A DNA stretch of 64,000 nucleotides from Eledone cirrhosa (GCA_964016885.1 OZ024742.1:155248001-155312000); one strand, 5' to 3'. Counted from the first letter of the stretch, positions 1-13,986 are shown. Translations and numbers: made by a program. The notes: generated by a model not told the origin, from the letters alone.

Positions 1-118
1 CATTGCAAATATTGTATAATGCAAAAAACTTGAGACACAAATGGTAATATAATGCGAGAATTACAGTACGATTTAGAATATAATATAATATAATAGATGA
101 TGATAATAAAAAGCATAA

Positions 119-166
<48 letters not shown>

Positions 167-1333
167 CACATTAGTACAAATACAAACTAACACTTATTAA
201 GTATTTAAATATATATATATATATTGTTTACAGTATAATATAATAAAGATAAAAATAAAGATAAAAATAAAAATTAAATATAATATATAATTCCCTGTCA
301 GTGTGCATAAACAATATAGAAACATTATAATAACATTATAATAACAATTTTATAATAGATTGGCATCAAAAGATATACAAAATTACAGCATACATATAAT
401 TCAAGGTTAACAAATAGTATAAAGTTTTACACAGTGTAAGAAAAAATCATATAGAACTAAATTGTGTTGAAAACATTGTGTTGAAAAAATATCTATACCA
501 TAGTAACAAATACACAGAGGTCAAGTCATATTACATTGGCATAAACATTACCAAAATATCACAAAATATTACAAAATATATTTACGTGGTTGACATACAC
601 AGACATATATTAATGAAATTACATGGTCAGACAAACAGCGTGTGGTAGTAAAAAAATAAATAAAATAAAATAAACCGAAGATCGAAAAACAAAAACAAGT
701 ATATTTACTTAGGTGTCACAAGCGGTTAAGTAAAAGAAAAAAGATAGAAATGTAGACCAGAGAGTTGACTAGAAAACCTTTTTAAATTAATTAATATTAA
801 AAGTATTTAAAATACATATTTAGTCACTTCAAAATTGGCTAGTGTTTAAGTCATCAAAACCGTATAAGTTTAAGATATCTCAATAAAATTATCAAGAATA
901 GAGTAAAATATGCTTCGTTCAGTCGAATAACGTTATCAATTAAAAGGACTCTAAATAGAACTATGGTAGACCAATGGGAACAGAAAGAAGGAGCATAAAA
1001 GGAAGGAGCATAAAAGTAAAATCAATATATTATATAATATCATAAAAAGGAGCATAAAGGTGAACTTTATATATAGTATAATAGAGGGGGCGGATATTAA
1101 GTGTGTAGAGGAGGAGGTTTATTAGTTGAATGAGACTCCAAACAAAGTATCTAATAAGATATAAACTCATAAGTTGTTAGTAGTGAAACTATAATAATGC
1201 TTAAGAAGATAGATAGGGTATGGTAGCCAAAAGACTATGGAAACTAAAATCGAAAAGCTGTAAAAAACTAATAATAATAATGATGATAGTAATCAAAATG
1301 AACCTAAACAAAAAAGATAAGGAAATATATCAG

Positions 1334-2650
1334 CTAATGGATACTATTTAAACTACCAGAACTTTTAGGTCTATAATAGAAGAAAGAATTAGAAATGGCA
1401 TGGGGGCAGGAAGAAAATATCTCAGACTTTCTATTAAGCAAAACTTCCCTTGAGAAAATTATAGAGTGGCTCTCTAGGGTACATAGATTACAGAATGTAG
1501 TGTGTGTTGATAGGTTATTAGAGCGTGCTACTATATGCCTATTAAGGCTATATGGCATACCAGCCCCTTTAAGATCCCAGATATGCTGTGCTAAAGAAGT
1601 AGAGTTCTTAAACTTAACATGTTTAAAATTAGAGATATGAGAATTAAACCTAGTTTTAAAAGTATTAGATGTGGAGCCTATATATGTGCTACTAGAAGAA
1701 TTAGTCTTAACTTCACAAACATAAACAATGTTCCTAGAGAGGCAGTGACCATTTAAAGGGCAGTTAATACTTACTCTAGAGTTACAATTCCGGGTGCTAT
1801 TGACCGGCTGAATGAGTGAGCATTACTCCTAGGGTTATTATAAGATAAGGTCTGCTCAGATGGTAAGGCATTAATGGATCCATCAATACTAGTAGTACGC
1901 AAAGAGGAGTAGCTGTCCCTAATTTTCCTATTGTTAGTGCTAGCTAAATGAGAACTAATATTAGGGTGGTAGAGAATGATAGTTTAATTACATTTTTATT
2001 ATAAATACCATGGTATTTATTAGAAGAAGGGAATTGTTTGTCTAAGATAGAAAAGAAAGAACTAGGGATGTTAGTTAATACTTCATGATCATAAGGCGGG
2101 TTAAAATAAGTATTGAGTCTCCTCCTATTTCTATCTTACGAACTCTACCGTTATCCAGTATTCCACTAATAGGATCAGGGTAACTACGAGGACTAGTTGA
2201 AACAACATTATTAGAAGCAGCCAAAACCCTATTGAGTCTACTTCTGTTTCTACCTTTAGTATATCTACTGTTATCTGGAATCATATCAATAGGATTAGGG
2301 TTACTACCAGTATCAATTGAAACAACACTATTAGAATTAGTAAAAACATTACCACTGGGTGAGCGATCAGAGTGCCTAACTTGTTCCCTAGAACTAATCC
2401 CGAAACGTATACCATTAGACTCACTATTACGATTACGGTAGCTTAACCTATGGATGGGTTCGGATACACCTATGGGATTTCTACGATTCTTATGCTTTCT
2501 ACTCCCATTCATGGCCATATTATGGGATATTATGTTATTATTATTATGAGTAAACGGAGACTTTCTAAGTTTGGTCTCATTATAACGTATTTTACCAGAG
2601 TAACCAGAGTTAGCTAGGGCATTATTATAGTATTCCGTATTTTCTTAATA
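1334..2650 (-). mobile_element. 5'-truncated, frameshifted Penelope-like element (Hydra-clade-like): RT thumb end, low-complexity linker, GIY-YIG endonuclease
   Basis: Manual minus-strand translation gives [12 protein letters not shown], then RRRLNTYFNPPY..LDKQFP..YHGIYNKNVIKLSFS, then CPLNGHCLSRNIVY..YIGSTSNTFKTRFNSH..LAQHIWDLK..CNLCTLE..LLNRKSEIFSSCPH. These motifs are collinear with the elements at 10111 and 35588. Confidence 0.85.
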
Positions 2651-2668
2651 ATTTTTATAATTTTTAAA

Positions 2669-3075
<407 letters not shown>

Positions 3076-3691
3076 TTATAATTAATACAATAACAGAGAT
3101 AGCTTAACGCTAAACTTCGACTGGTAACCATCTCACTCAACAAACATTAGGTTATATGTTAGTATAACCCAATTTAAGAGTTTGGGTGCTAACAATATGC
3201 ATTTCGTGGAAAGCCAGTTGTATTATTTTATGAGATATAATTAAATTTAAAATGTGTCTCTCTTTCCAAACAATTGTTTCATTATAAGTTTTCTACAAGT
3301 TGGGAGAATGTTTCCAATTCATGTAGAAGCCTAACATATATTCATGTAAGAATATATTTAGGTGGGCACTTATAAATCTTTAGTGGAAGCCCATTAAACT
3401 TTGAAATAAGTAAAAATTATTACCGCAGTTACAAATCGTGTCCGCTAAGCTGCTCCTTCTCGCATCGAATGAGCGCCAAATTTGAAATTCCAGCAGTCTT
3501 TTGACTGAGGAAGTTTCATAGCGTCACAATGCGGGAAGGGGAGACAACTACAACACGAGAAAAGAGAAAAAAAATATACACTCAGGTTAATTAGTTTTTT
3601 AAAAAACATTATTAATCCAACGTGTTAAGAACTCAATTGAAATAAAAAAAATAAATATATGCGTCTATTAATTACACACTCATACAGATAC

Positions 3692-3730
<39 letters not shown>

Positions 3731-3733
<3 letters not shown>

Positions 3734-5315
3734 CGGCGATGAATTAGTTTTGCGAGGTTTTTTATATGAAATCGTGTGTCGAAACAGATATTGTTATATT
3801 TGGGGAGGGTCATATTTGCGTAATATTGCCAGAATTAATAACAGAACACACTCACTGTTTGGTTGGTTTTCGCTTCTCGCTGTCTTTTATATATATATAT
3901 CTGCGATCTAGCTTACTCGGTCCTCAATGTTGCCATTGACTGACCGGCGGTCAAAAATAATACAGATACAATATAGACAAACACATATATATATAGTTTA
4001 CATAAATCTTTCGTTGCACATCTGCAACATCGTCAGTGGTGTTATATTCATTGTTCCTCCTGTTGTGTTGTATGTCTACGCCATTTTTTTTGTTCAGTCT
4101 GTCTATATATTTATTTATTTATTTGCTTGTTTGTTTATCTTATTTTATTTTGTCTTCTTTGCGCATGCGTTTGCGTGTGTGTATAGTGTTATGTGTGATG
4201 TGTGATGTGTGACTAGTGTGTATAGTGTTGTCTGCTGGGTGACTAGTGTGTGTTTATGTGCTTGTGTATGTATTTATTTATCTTATTTTATTTAATTTAA
4301 TTTACTTATTTATTTATACTTCTCTTAGGTCAGTGTTGTTTGTTTGGGTGTTGTTGTTGTTCCACTCATTCTTTCTGTTTAGCTTTGGTCTTCTAATTTC
4401 TATTTCACTGGCCTCTCTGATTTGCCTATCTGCTGGGTCATTCCTATGTTTAGATATTATTCTAATTTCTATGTTGTCTATGTTACCGTCATGATGTTGT
4501 CTAGCATGTTCGTATAGTACTGACCCGTTTTTTCGTCCTTTTAGTTCCCCCCAGTGTTGGTCTATCCTTTCACCTATGCTACGAGCTGTCTCACCTATGT
4601 ATGTTGTTGTCGTGTTTCTGCAAGTACCCTCTGTACATCTTATGCTATAGACTACGTTTCTAGTTTTACAGTTTATCCGGGGGTTCACCTTACATATGAT
4701 ACATTTCCTATTGGTACAGTGGGTTTTCTTAAAAGGGTAGGTTTTGCTGATCAGGGATTTTATGGTGGTTCCTGGCTTTTCTACCACCTTTATTTTTAAG
4801 TGGGTCTTTCTCAGGGCCTTTCTACACTGGTTAGCTAATTTCCCTCCAGGGGTGGCGTCCACAAACATGACACTCTGATATCTCTGGTTGTCGTACCATG
4901 ATGTGGCCTTCCCTATCTTATGTCTAGCCCTATCTAAGCTATTCCATGATTTGCTCCTGTATAGTGGGCAAATTCCTTTCATGTCCAGTTCTATGAGGGT
5001 CTTATACTTTTCCATGGCTCCTTCGTATACTCTGACTCTGTCTCTTTGGTTGTAGCCAGAGAACTGCATGCGGTTGATGAAGTGTTGGATGTGTCCTTCC
5101 ATTTCTGTTGGGTCGCACATGCTGGACACATTCTTCATCACTCGTACCAAATCTGCGATCAGAATATTAAACTTAGCACTACTGGACATTGCTGAGTTTT
5201 TGAGTATCAGGTATTTGGAGGCCATGGGTTTAGCATAGTGTGAGTGGAGAATTTGGGCTCTCTCGTCTATAGTGTTAATCCAGAGTTCTGTGTCTAATAC
5301 AGGTAGTCTATTGTT
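3731..5315 (-). repeat. Inverted copy of the PLE 3' part (equivalent to 8558-10059 plus 84 nt of ORF start)
   Basis: ORF 4314-5225(-) is identical to the last 303 aa of the main ORF; ORF 3625-3813(-) starts [28 protein letters not shown] and then enters (TA)n. Confidence 0.97.
4000..4040 (-). ncRNA. Hammerhead ribozyme-like core (copy in inverted arm)
   Basis: Reverse complement of the 5703-5743 motif. Confidence 0.6.
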
Positions 5316-5323
5316 GGCTACAT

Positions 5324-5955
5324 AGAGAGGCCAGTGAAATAGAAATTAGAAGAACAAAGCTAAACAGAAAGAATGAGTGGAACAACAACAACACCCAAAC
5401 AAACAACACTGACCTAAGAGAAGTATAAATAAATAAGTAAATTAAATAAAATAAAATAAGATAAATAAATACATACACAAGCACATAAACACACACTAGT
5501 CACCCAGCAGACAACACTATACACACTAGTCACACATCACACATCACACATAACACTATACACACACGCAAACGCATGCGCAAAGAAGACAAAATAAAAT
5601 AAGATAAACAAACAAGCAAATAAATAAATAAATATATAGACAGACTGAACAAAAAAAAATGGCGTAGACATACAACACAACAGGAGGAACAATGAATATA
5701 ACACCACTGACGATGTTGCAGATGTGCAACGAAAGATTTATGTAAACTATATATATATGTGTTTGTCTATATTGTATCTGTATTATTTTTGACCGCCGGT
5801 CAGTCAATGGCAACATTGAGGACCGAGTAAGCTAGATCGCAGATATATATATATAAAAGACAGCGAGAAGCGAAAACCAACCAAACAGTGAGTGTGTTCT
5901 GTTATTAATTCTGGCAATATTACGCAAATATGACCCTCCCCAAATATAACAATAT
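5324..5955 (+). repeat. 5' pseudo-LTR of the PLE (begins inside the EN C-terminus, overlaps the ORF start)
   Basis: Matches 9455-10085 with about 3 visible differences in ~606 nt. Confidence 0.95.
5703..5743 (+). ncRNA. Minimal hammerhead ribozyme-like core in 5' pLTR
   Basis: CTGACGA-T-GTTGCA(GATG)TGCAAC-GAAA-GATT-TA. Stem II is perfect and stem I is short or imperfect. Minimal hammerheads are established features of PLE pLTRs. Confidence 0.65.
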
Positions 5956-8900
5956 CTGTTTCGACACACGATTTCATATAAAAAACCTCGCAAAACTAAT
6001 TCATCGCCGCTATGGCATTAGCTTGTGCCAAGCTGAAAGGTTATTGAAAGACACTGTTTTCTGTTATATAAAAACTACAATAACAACAGAACAAATCCGC
6101 TTCTTAAAACACTGTGTTTCCTCCAAAACATACACAACAAACATATCAAAACAAGTAAATAATTTATTATTGAACAAAACACAAGCTGAACGGCTAAAAC
6201 ACACAATAACAGTTAATATGAAAAGAACAACATACACAAAAGTCAACGCACTCTACAGACAAAAACGCATCAACGGTAAGGAAATCCGAAATCTCATCAC
6301 AGCAAACGAGAGAGATGACTTCATGAGCGTCATCCGACGCGAAACGAAATATGCTCAAAACGAATGCTGTAGGCATTTCAAGAAGAAATTAGAATGGATG
6401 AATAAGAAAAAACTACAAGAAAGGAAAATCGAATATTCTCAAAAATACCCAGATAACATCGACAACATCCGTATGAGTGATGTAAAACTACCGGAAGAAT
6501 TTACCAATGACCACACAGTAAATATCTATGGGAACACTTTAATCAGTGAACAAGAACAACAAATCCTAAAGTTACCACCAAAATTTGCCATCTACAAAAA
6601 AATTAATCCTATGGAATGCAAAACGGAGCTGGAAAAGTGTTTCACAAAAATACGTTGGAATGCAAAGGTAAACAACAACAACAATAATAACGGTAGTAGT
6701 AATATAAACAATAACTCTGGGTATAGAAATAACAGCCATAACCATAACAATGGCAGGAAAGTGAGAAATAGTGATAATGGTAATAATACTAGCGATAGAC
6801 AGAACAACAACAACCACAATAATAATAATAATAGAAACGTTAACCACAGACACAGCAACAGTGACCACAGTAGTAATAACGGTAACAATACGAACAACAA
6901 CAACAACAATAACCACAGTGGTAATAATGGAAATAGTACATGTAGCAACATCAACAAAAACAAGAAACATAATAATAGTAACAACCACAATGGTAGAAAT
7001 AGCAGTAACAACAACAATAACGGTGAAGTAAACAACAATACATCTAGCAATCATAACAATAATAATATTAATGCTAAGGATAGAAACAACAACAACCACC
7101 ATGATAACAATAATAGCAACACACACAACTATGACGATAGAAATAACGACAACCCCTTAGAGAAACTATTTTTCAACCCAGCTGACAAAACATATAAGAT
7201 GGGTAATATCTATCCTACGAGGTTACCCTTTAATAAAAGAGTTTGCATACCACAACAAATAGATGACGAGACGGAGGCACAGTTCACCATAGCTAGAAAT
7301 AAGATTAGACAAGTAGTAGACAGGTACACTATGAGACAGAGCAGACCAGAGGCCCAACAACTTGGGATAAAACCTGTAGAAGGCTTGGTTAGCCTCAAGC
7401 AGCGCACAAGGGATGGTGAGGTAGTGTGTCTACCCACAGATAAGTCTGGTAGGATGTCAATAGATAGCATGCCGAACTACATCGAGGCAATGCAACCCCA
7501 CATCACCAACACGAGCGAAGTTGCACAACTAACACACGATGGGAGAGAAAAAATCCTCAACGCTCACATGATGATGTGGACTGACATCCTAAAGCCAAGC
7601 AGACGCACTGCCAACAACTTCCAGGCGTCTAACAATGGCATACCACCCTTGTATGGGCTCCGCAAAGACCACAAGACAGTCGACGACCCGACAATAGGAC
7701 CACCAACAAGACCTGTATGCGGAGCTAATATAGCTAGCAACTACAGGATCTCCTACTTCCTCTCAATGGTTATGCGCCCCATAATCAAGATGTCCCCAGA
7801 TGTATGTGAAAGTACAGAGGACCTCCTCAGCAGAATCAGTGAGTGCAACAAAAACAGGAGCCTATCCAACTGCATAATAGGCAGCATGGATGTGGTGTCA
7901 CTGTACCCATCCATTAACATTGATTTTGCTGTGAAAAGATGTGTGGAGATGATCATTGAGAGTGAGGTGGAGTTCTGCGACGTCGACACAGACGAACTGG
8001 GCCTCCTACTTAGACTTACCTACGACACTGACTACCTAGACAGCCATGACCTTAGATGTTTCTGCCCTAGTAGACCTATAAGAGGTAGACCCCCCACCAT
8101 AACCTCAATGGCTAAAAAGACTCCCATAGGAAGGTGGATTGGGTGGACCAAAGCTATACGGACCCCCCAAAACACTGATCAGGTAAGAAAAATGGTCGCA
8201 CATGCAATAGGGGCTAGTATCAAAACTACCCTAAAGGGCCACATATTTAAGTTCAATGAGAAAATCTACACCCAAAATGAGGGAGCAGCCATCGGCGTCA
8301 GCATAGCTGGCGATGTTGCCAACCTTTTCATGGTATGGTGGGAAAGGAGACTTAAAGATCTCCTTAATGAAAGCTCCATAGACCTCATCATGTACTCTCG
8401 TTATGTAGACGATATCAATATAGTTATAAGAACATCCCCACTAGACAGCACTAACAAGTTTGATTTAGAACGTAGCACGATGGAAAGCATCCAGCAGATA
8501 GCTAATTCCATACACCAGAGTATAACTGTAACTATAGACTTCCCTTCCAAACACCCTAACAATAGACTACCTGTATTAGACACAGAACTCTGGATTAACA
8601 CTATAGACGAGAGAGCCCAAATTCCCCACTCACACTATGCTAAACCCATGGCCTCCAAATACCTGATACTCAAAAACTCAGCAATGTCCAGTAGTGCTAA
8701 GTTTAATATTCTGATCGCAGATTTGGTACGAGTGATGAAGAATGTGTCCAGCATGTGCGACCCAACAGAAATGGAAGGACACATCCAACACTTCATCAAC
8801 CGCATGCAGTTCTCTGGCTACAACCAAAGAGACAGAGTCAGAGTATACGAAGGAGCCATGGAAAAGTATAAGACCCTCATAGAACTGGACATGAAAGGAA

Positions 8901-9559
8901 TTTGCCCACTATACAGGAGCAAATCATGGAATAGCTTAGATAGGGCTAGACATAAGATAGGGAAGGCCACATCATGGTACGACAACCAGAGATATCAGAG
9001 TGTCATGTTTGTGGACGCCACCCCTGGAGGGAAATTAGCTAACCAGTGTAGAAAGGCCCTGAGAAAGACCCACTTAAAAATAAAGGTGGTAGAAAAGCCA
9101 GGAACCACCATAAAATCCCTGATCAGCAAAACCTACCCTTTTAAGAAAACCCACTGTACCAATAGGAAATGTATCATATGTAAGGTGAACCCCCGGATAA
9201 ACTGTAAAACTAGAAACGTAGTCTATAGCATAAGATGTACAGAGGGTACTTGCAGAAACACGACAACAACATACATAGGTGAGACAGCTCGTAGCATAGG
9301 TGAAAGGATAGACCAACACTGGGGGGAACTAAAAGGACGAAAAAACGGGTCAGTACTATACGAACATGCTAGACAACATCATGACGGTAACATAGACAAC
9401 ATAGAAATTAGAATAATATCTAAACATAGGAATGACCCAGCAGATAGGCAAATCAGAGAGGCCAGTGAAATAGAAATTAGAAGACCAAAGCTAAACAGAA
9501 AGAATGAGTGGAACAACAACAACACCCAAACAAACAACACTGACCTAAGAGAAGTATAA
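5930..9559 (+). CDS. PLE polyprotein: N-terminal basic region, Asn-rich insert, reverse transcriptase, Cys-rich linker, GIY-YIG endonuclease (1209 aa)
   Basis: PTDKSGR, LYGLRKDHK..RPVC, GSMDVVSLYPSI (motif A), QNEGAAIG (B'), RYVDD (C), LPVLD, YAKPMAS, CxxxxCxxC, VVYSIRC..YIGETAR..RIDQH..HARQHH..REASEI..LNRKNEW; no internal stops. Confidence 0.96.
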   Translation: MTLPKYNNICFDTRFHIKNLAKLIHRRYGISLCQAERLLKDTVFCYIKTTITTEQIRFLKHCVSSKTYTTNISKQVNNLLLNKTQAERLKHTITVNMKRTTYTKVNALYRQKRINGKEIRNLITANERDDFMSVIRRETKYAQNECCRHFKKKLEWMNKKKLQERKIEYSQKYPDNIDNIRMSDVKLPEEFTNDHTVNIYGNTLISEQEQQILKLPPKFAIYKKINPMECKTELEKCFTKIRWNAKVNNNNNNNGSSNINNNSGYRNNSHNHNNGRKVRNSDNGNNTSDRQNNNNHNNNNNRNVNHRHSNSDHSSNNGNNTNNNNNNNHSGNNGNSTCSNINKNKKHNNSNNHNGRNSSNNNNNGEVNNNTSSNHNNNNINAKDRNNNNHHDNNNSNTHNYDDRNNDNPLEKLFFNPADKTYKMGNIYPTRLPFNKRVCIPQQIDDETEAQFTIARNKIRQVVDRYTMRQSRPEAQQLGIKPVEGLVSLKQRTRDGEVVCLPTDKSGRMSIDSMPNYIEAMQPHITNTSEVAQLTHDGREKILNAHMMMWTDILKPSRRTANNFQASNNGIPPLYGLRKDHKTVDDPTIGPPTRPVCGANIASNYRISYFLSMVMRPIIKMSPDVCESTEDLLSRISECNKNRSLSNCIIGSMDVVSLYPSINIDFAVKRCVEMIIESEVEFCDVDTDELGLLLRLTYDTDYLDSHDLRCFCPSRPIRGRPPTITSMAKKTPIGRWIGWTKAIRTPQNTDQVRKMVAHAIGASIKTTLKGHIFKFNEKIYTQNEGAAIGVSIAGDVANLFMVWWERRLKDLLNESSIDLIMYSRYVDDINIVIRTSPLDSTNKFDLERSTMESIQQIANSIHQSITVTIDFPSKHPNNRLPVLDTELWINTIDERAQIPHSHYAKPMASKYLILKNSAMSSSAKFNILIADLVRVMKNVSSMCDPTEMEGHIQHFINRMQFSGYNQRDRVRVYEGAMEKYKTLIELDMKGICPLYRSKSWNSLDRARHKIGKATSWYDNQRYQSVMFVDATPGGKLANQCRKALRKTHLKIKVVEKPGTTIKSLISKTYPFKKTHCTNRKCIICKVNPRINCKTRNVVYSIRCTEGTCRNTTTTYIGETARSIGERIDQHWGELKGRKNGSVLYEHARQHHDGNIDNIEIRIISKHRNDPADRQIREASEIEIRRPKLNRKNEWNNNNTQTNNTDLREV

Positions 9560-10077
9560 ATAAATAAGTAAATTAAATTAAATAAAATAAGATAAATAAA
9601 TACATACACAAGCACATAAACACACACTAGTCACCCAGCAGACAACACTATACACACTAGTCACACATCACACATCACACATAACACTATACACACACGC
9701 AAACGCATGCGCAAAGAAGACAAAATAAAATAAGATAAACAAACAAGCAAATAAATAAATAAATATATAGACAGACTGAACAAAAAAAATGGCGTAGACA
9801 TACAACACAACAGGAGGAACAATGAATATAACACCACTGACGATGTTGCAGATGTGCAACGAAAGATTTATGTAAACTATATATATATGTGTTTGTCTAT
9901 ATTGTATCTGTATTATTTTTGACCGCCGGTCAGTCAATGGCAACATTGAGGACCGAGTAAGCTAGATCGCAGATATATATATATAAAAGACAGCGAGAAG
10001 CGAAAACCAACCAAACAGTGAGTGTGTTCTGTTATTAATTCTGGCAATATTACGCAAATATGACCCTCCCCAAATAT

Positions 10078-10085
<8 letters not shown>
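9455..10085 (+). repeat. 3' pseudo-LTR with 26-nt tail repeating the ORF start
   Basis: Direct repeat of 5324-5955; ATGACCCTCCCCAAATATAACAATAT at 10060-10085 merges into (AT)n. Confidence 0.95.
9833..9873 (+). ncRNA. Minimal hammerhead ribozyme-like core in 3' pLTR
   Basis: Same as 5703-5743. Confidence 0.65.
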
Positions 10086-12820
<2,735 letters not shown>

Positions 12821-12822
<2 letters not shown>

Positions 12823-12947
12823 TTGAAATAAGATGAAAACGAAATTTCATTTCTCACTCTTCGTACGGCACTTACTTAAATGAAAGTATGTGTGTATACG
12901 TACATACATATATGTATACAGACGTACATTAGCATGCACATATATAT

Positions 12948-13026
<79 letters not shown>

Positions 13027-13466
13027 TATACATACAGGTACACAAACATATATGCACGTATCAGTTTAGCGGACGCTTATTATAACGCCGCTTTGTTCGT
13101 TTGCAAACAAACTGAACAGCCTGAATTTTTATGCCGTACGGTGTTAAGGCAACCACGTCACCTTTTTGTTCAACACTGACTCAGGAACGATGTACTATTT
13201 CAAGCTTGTTAGCTATCATCAGCACCGTATACCCATCTGCCAGATAGTTCAACGTTCGAAAGTATATACTTTCCTCATGAAAATTAACGGCTGAGCAGCC
13301 TAATTTGCATATCGAGTGAGCTAAGTCGGTCAGGCATACCGAAAATGATAAGTTGAAATGAAATGAAAACTAAATTTCATTTCTCACTCTTAGTACGGAA
13401 CTTACTTAAATGTAAGTATGTGTGTATATGTACATACATATATCTATACAGACGTACAGTAGCATG

Positions 13467-13524
<58 letters not shown>

Positions 13525-13686
13525 CATACAGGTACACATACATATATTCACGTATCAGTTTAGCCTTAACACCGTACTGCATAAAAATTCAGGCTGTTCA
13601 GTTTTTTTACAAACGAACAAAGCGGCGTTATAATAAGCGTCCGCTAAACTGATACGTGCATATATGTATGTGTACCTGTATGTATT

Positions 13687-13720
<34 letters not shown>

Positions 13721-13764
13721 GTGCATGCTACTGTACGTCTGTATACATATGTGTATGTACTTAT

Positions 13765-13817
<53 letters not shown>

Positions 13818-13861
13818 GTGCATGCTACTGTACGTCTGTATACATATGTGTATGTACTTAT

Positions 13862-13875
<14 letters not shown>
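12821..13875. repeat. Complex tandem + inverted duplication of a unit containing an internal (TA)n tract
   Basis: 12821-13070 is repeated at 13351-13563; 13564-13760 is the reverse complement of ~12895-13150; 13718-13790 is repeated at 13815-13875. Confidence 0.85.
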
Positions 13876-13922
<47 letters not shown>

Positions 13923-13923
13923 C

Positions 13924-13986
<63 letters not shown>

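Larger units (their letters stand above)
3731..10085 (+). mobile_element. Full-length, young Penelope-like retroelement: inverted 3' copy + 5' pLTR + ORF + 3' pLTR, inserted in (TA)n
   Basis: Single RT-GIY-YIG ORF; direct repeats 5324-5955 and 9455-10085; inverted copy 3731-5315; both outer ends run into (TA)n. Confidence 0.96.

Noticed and set aside
2075-2518. 147-aa ORF as an independent host gene
   Set aside because: It lies in line between PLE thumb and EN-linker motifs
3420-3560. GC-richer patch resembling a DNA transposon end
   Set aside because: No partner TIR or transposase found
6572-7126. Hydrophobic poly-V/I/L ORFs resembling membrane proteins
   Set aside because: Antisense shadows of the Asn-rich AAC/AAT region
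5930-9559. Assignment to Naiad/Chlamys or a selenoprotein-encoding PLE
   Set aside because: The EN is C-terminal, no CxC linker precedes the RT, hammerhead cores are present and there is no in-frame TGA
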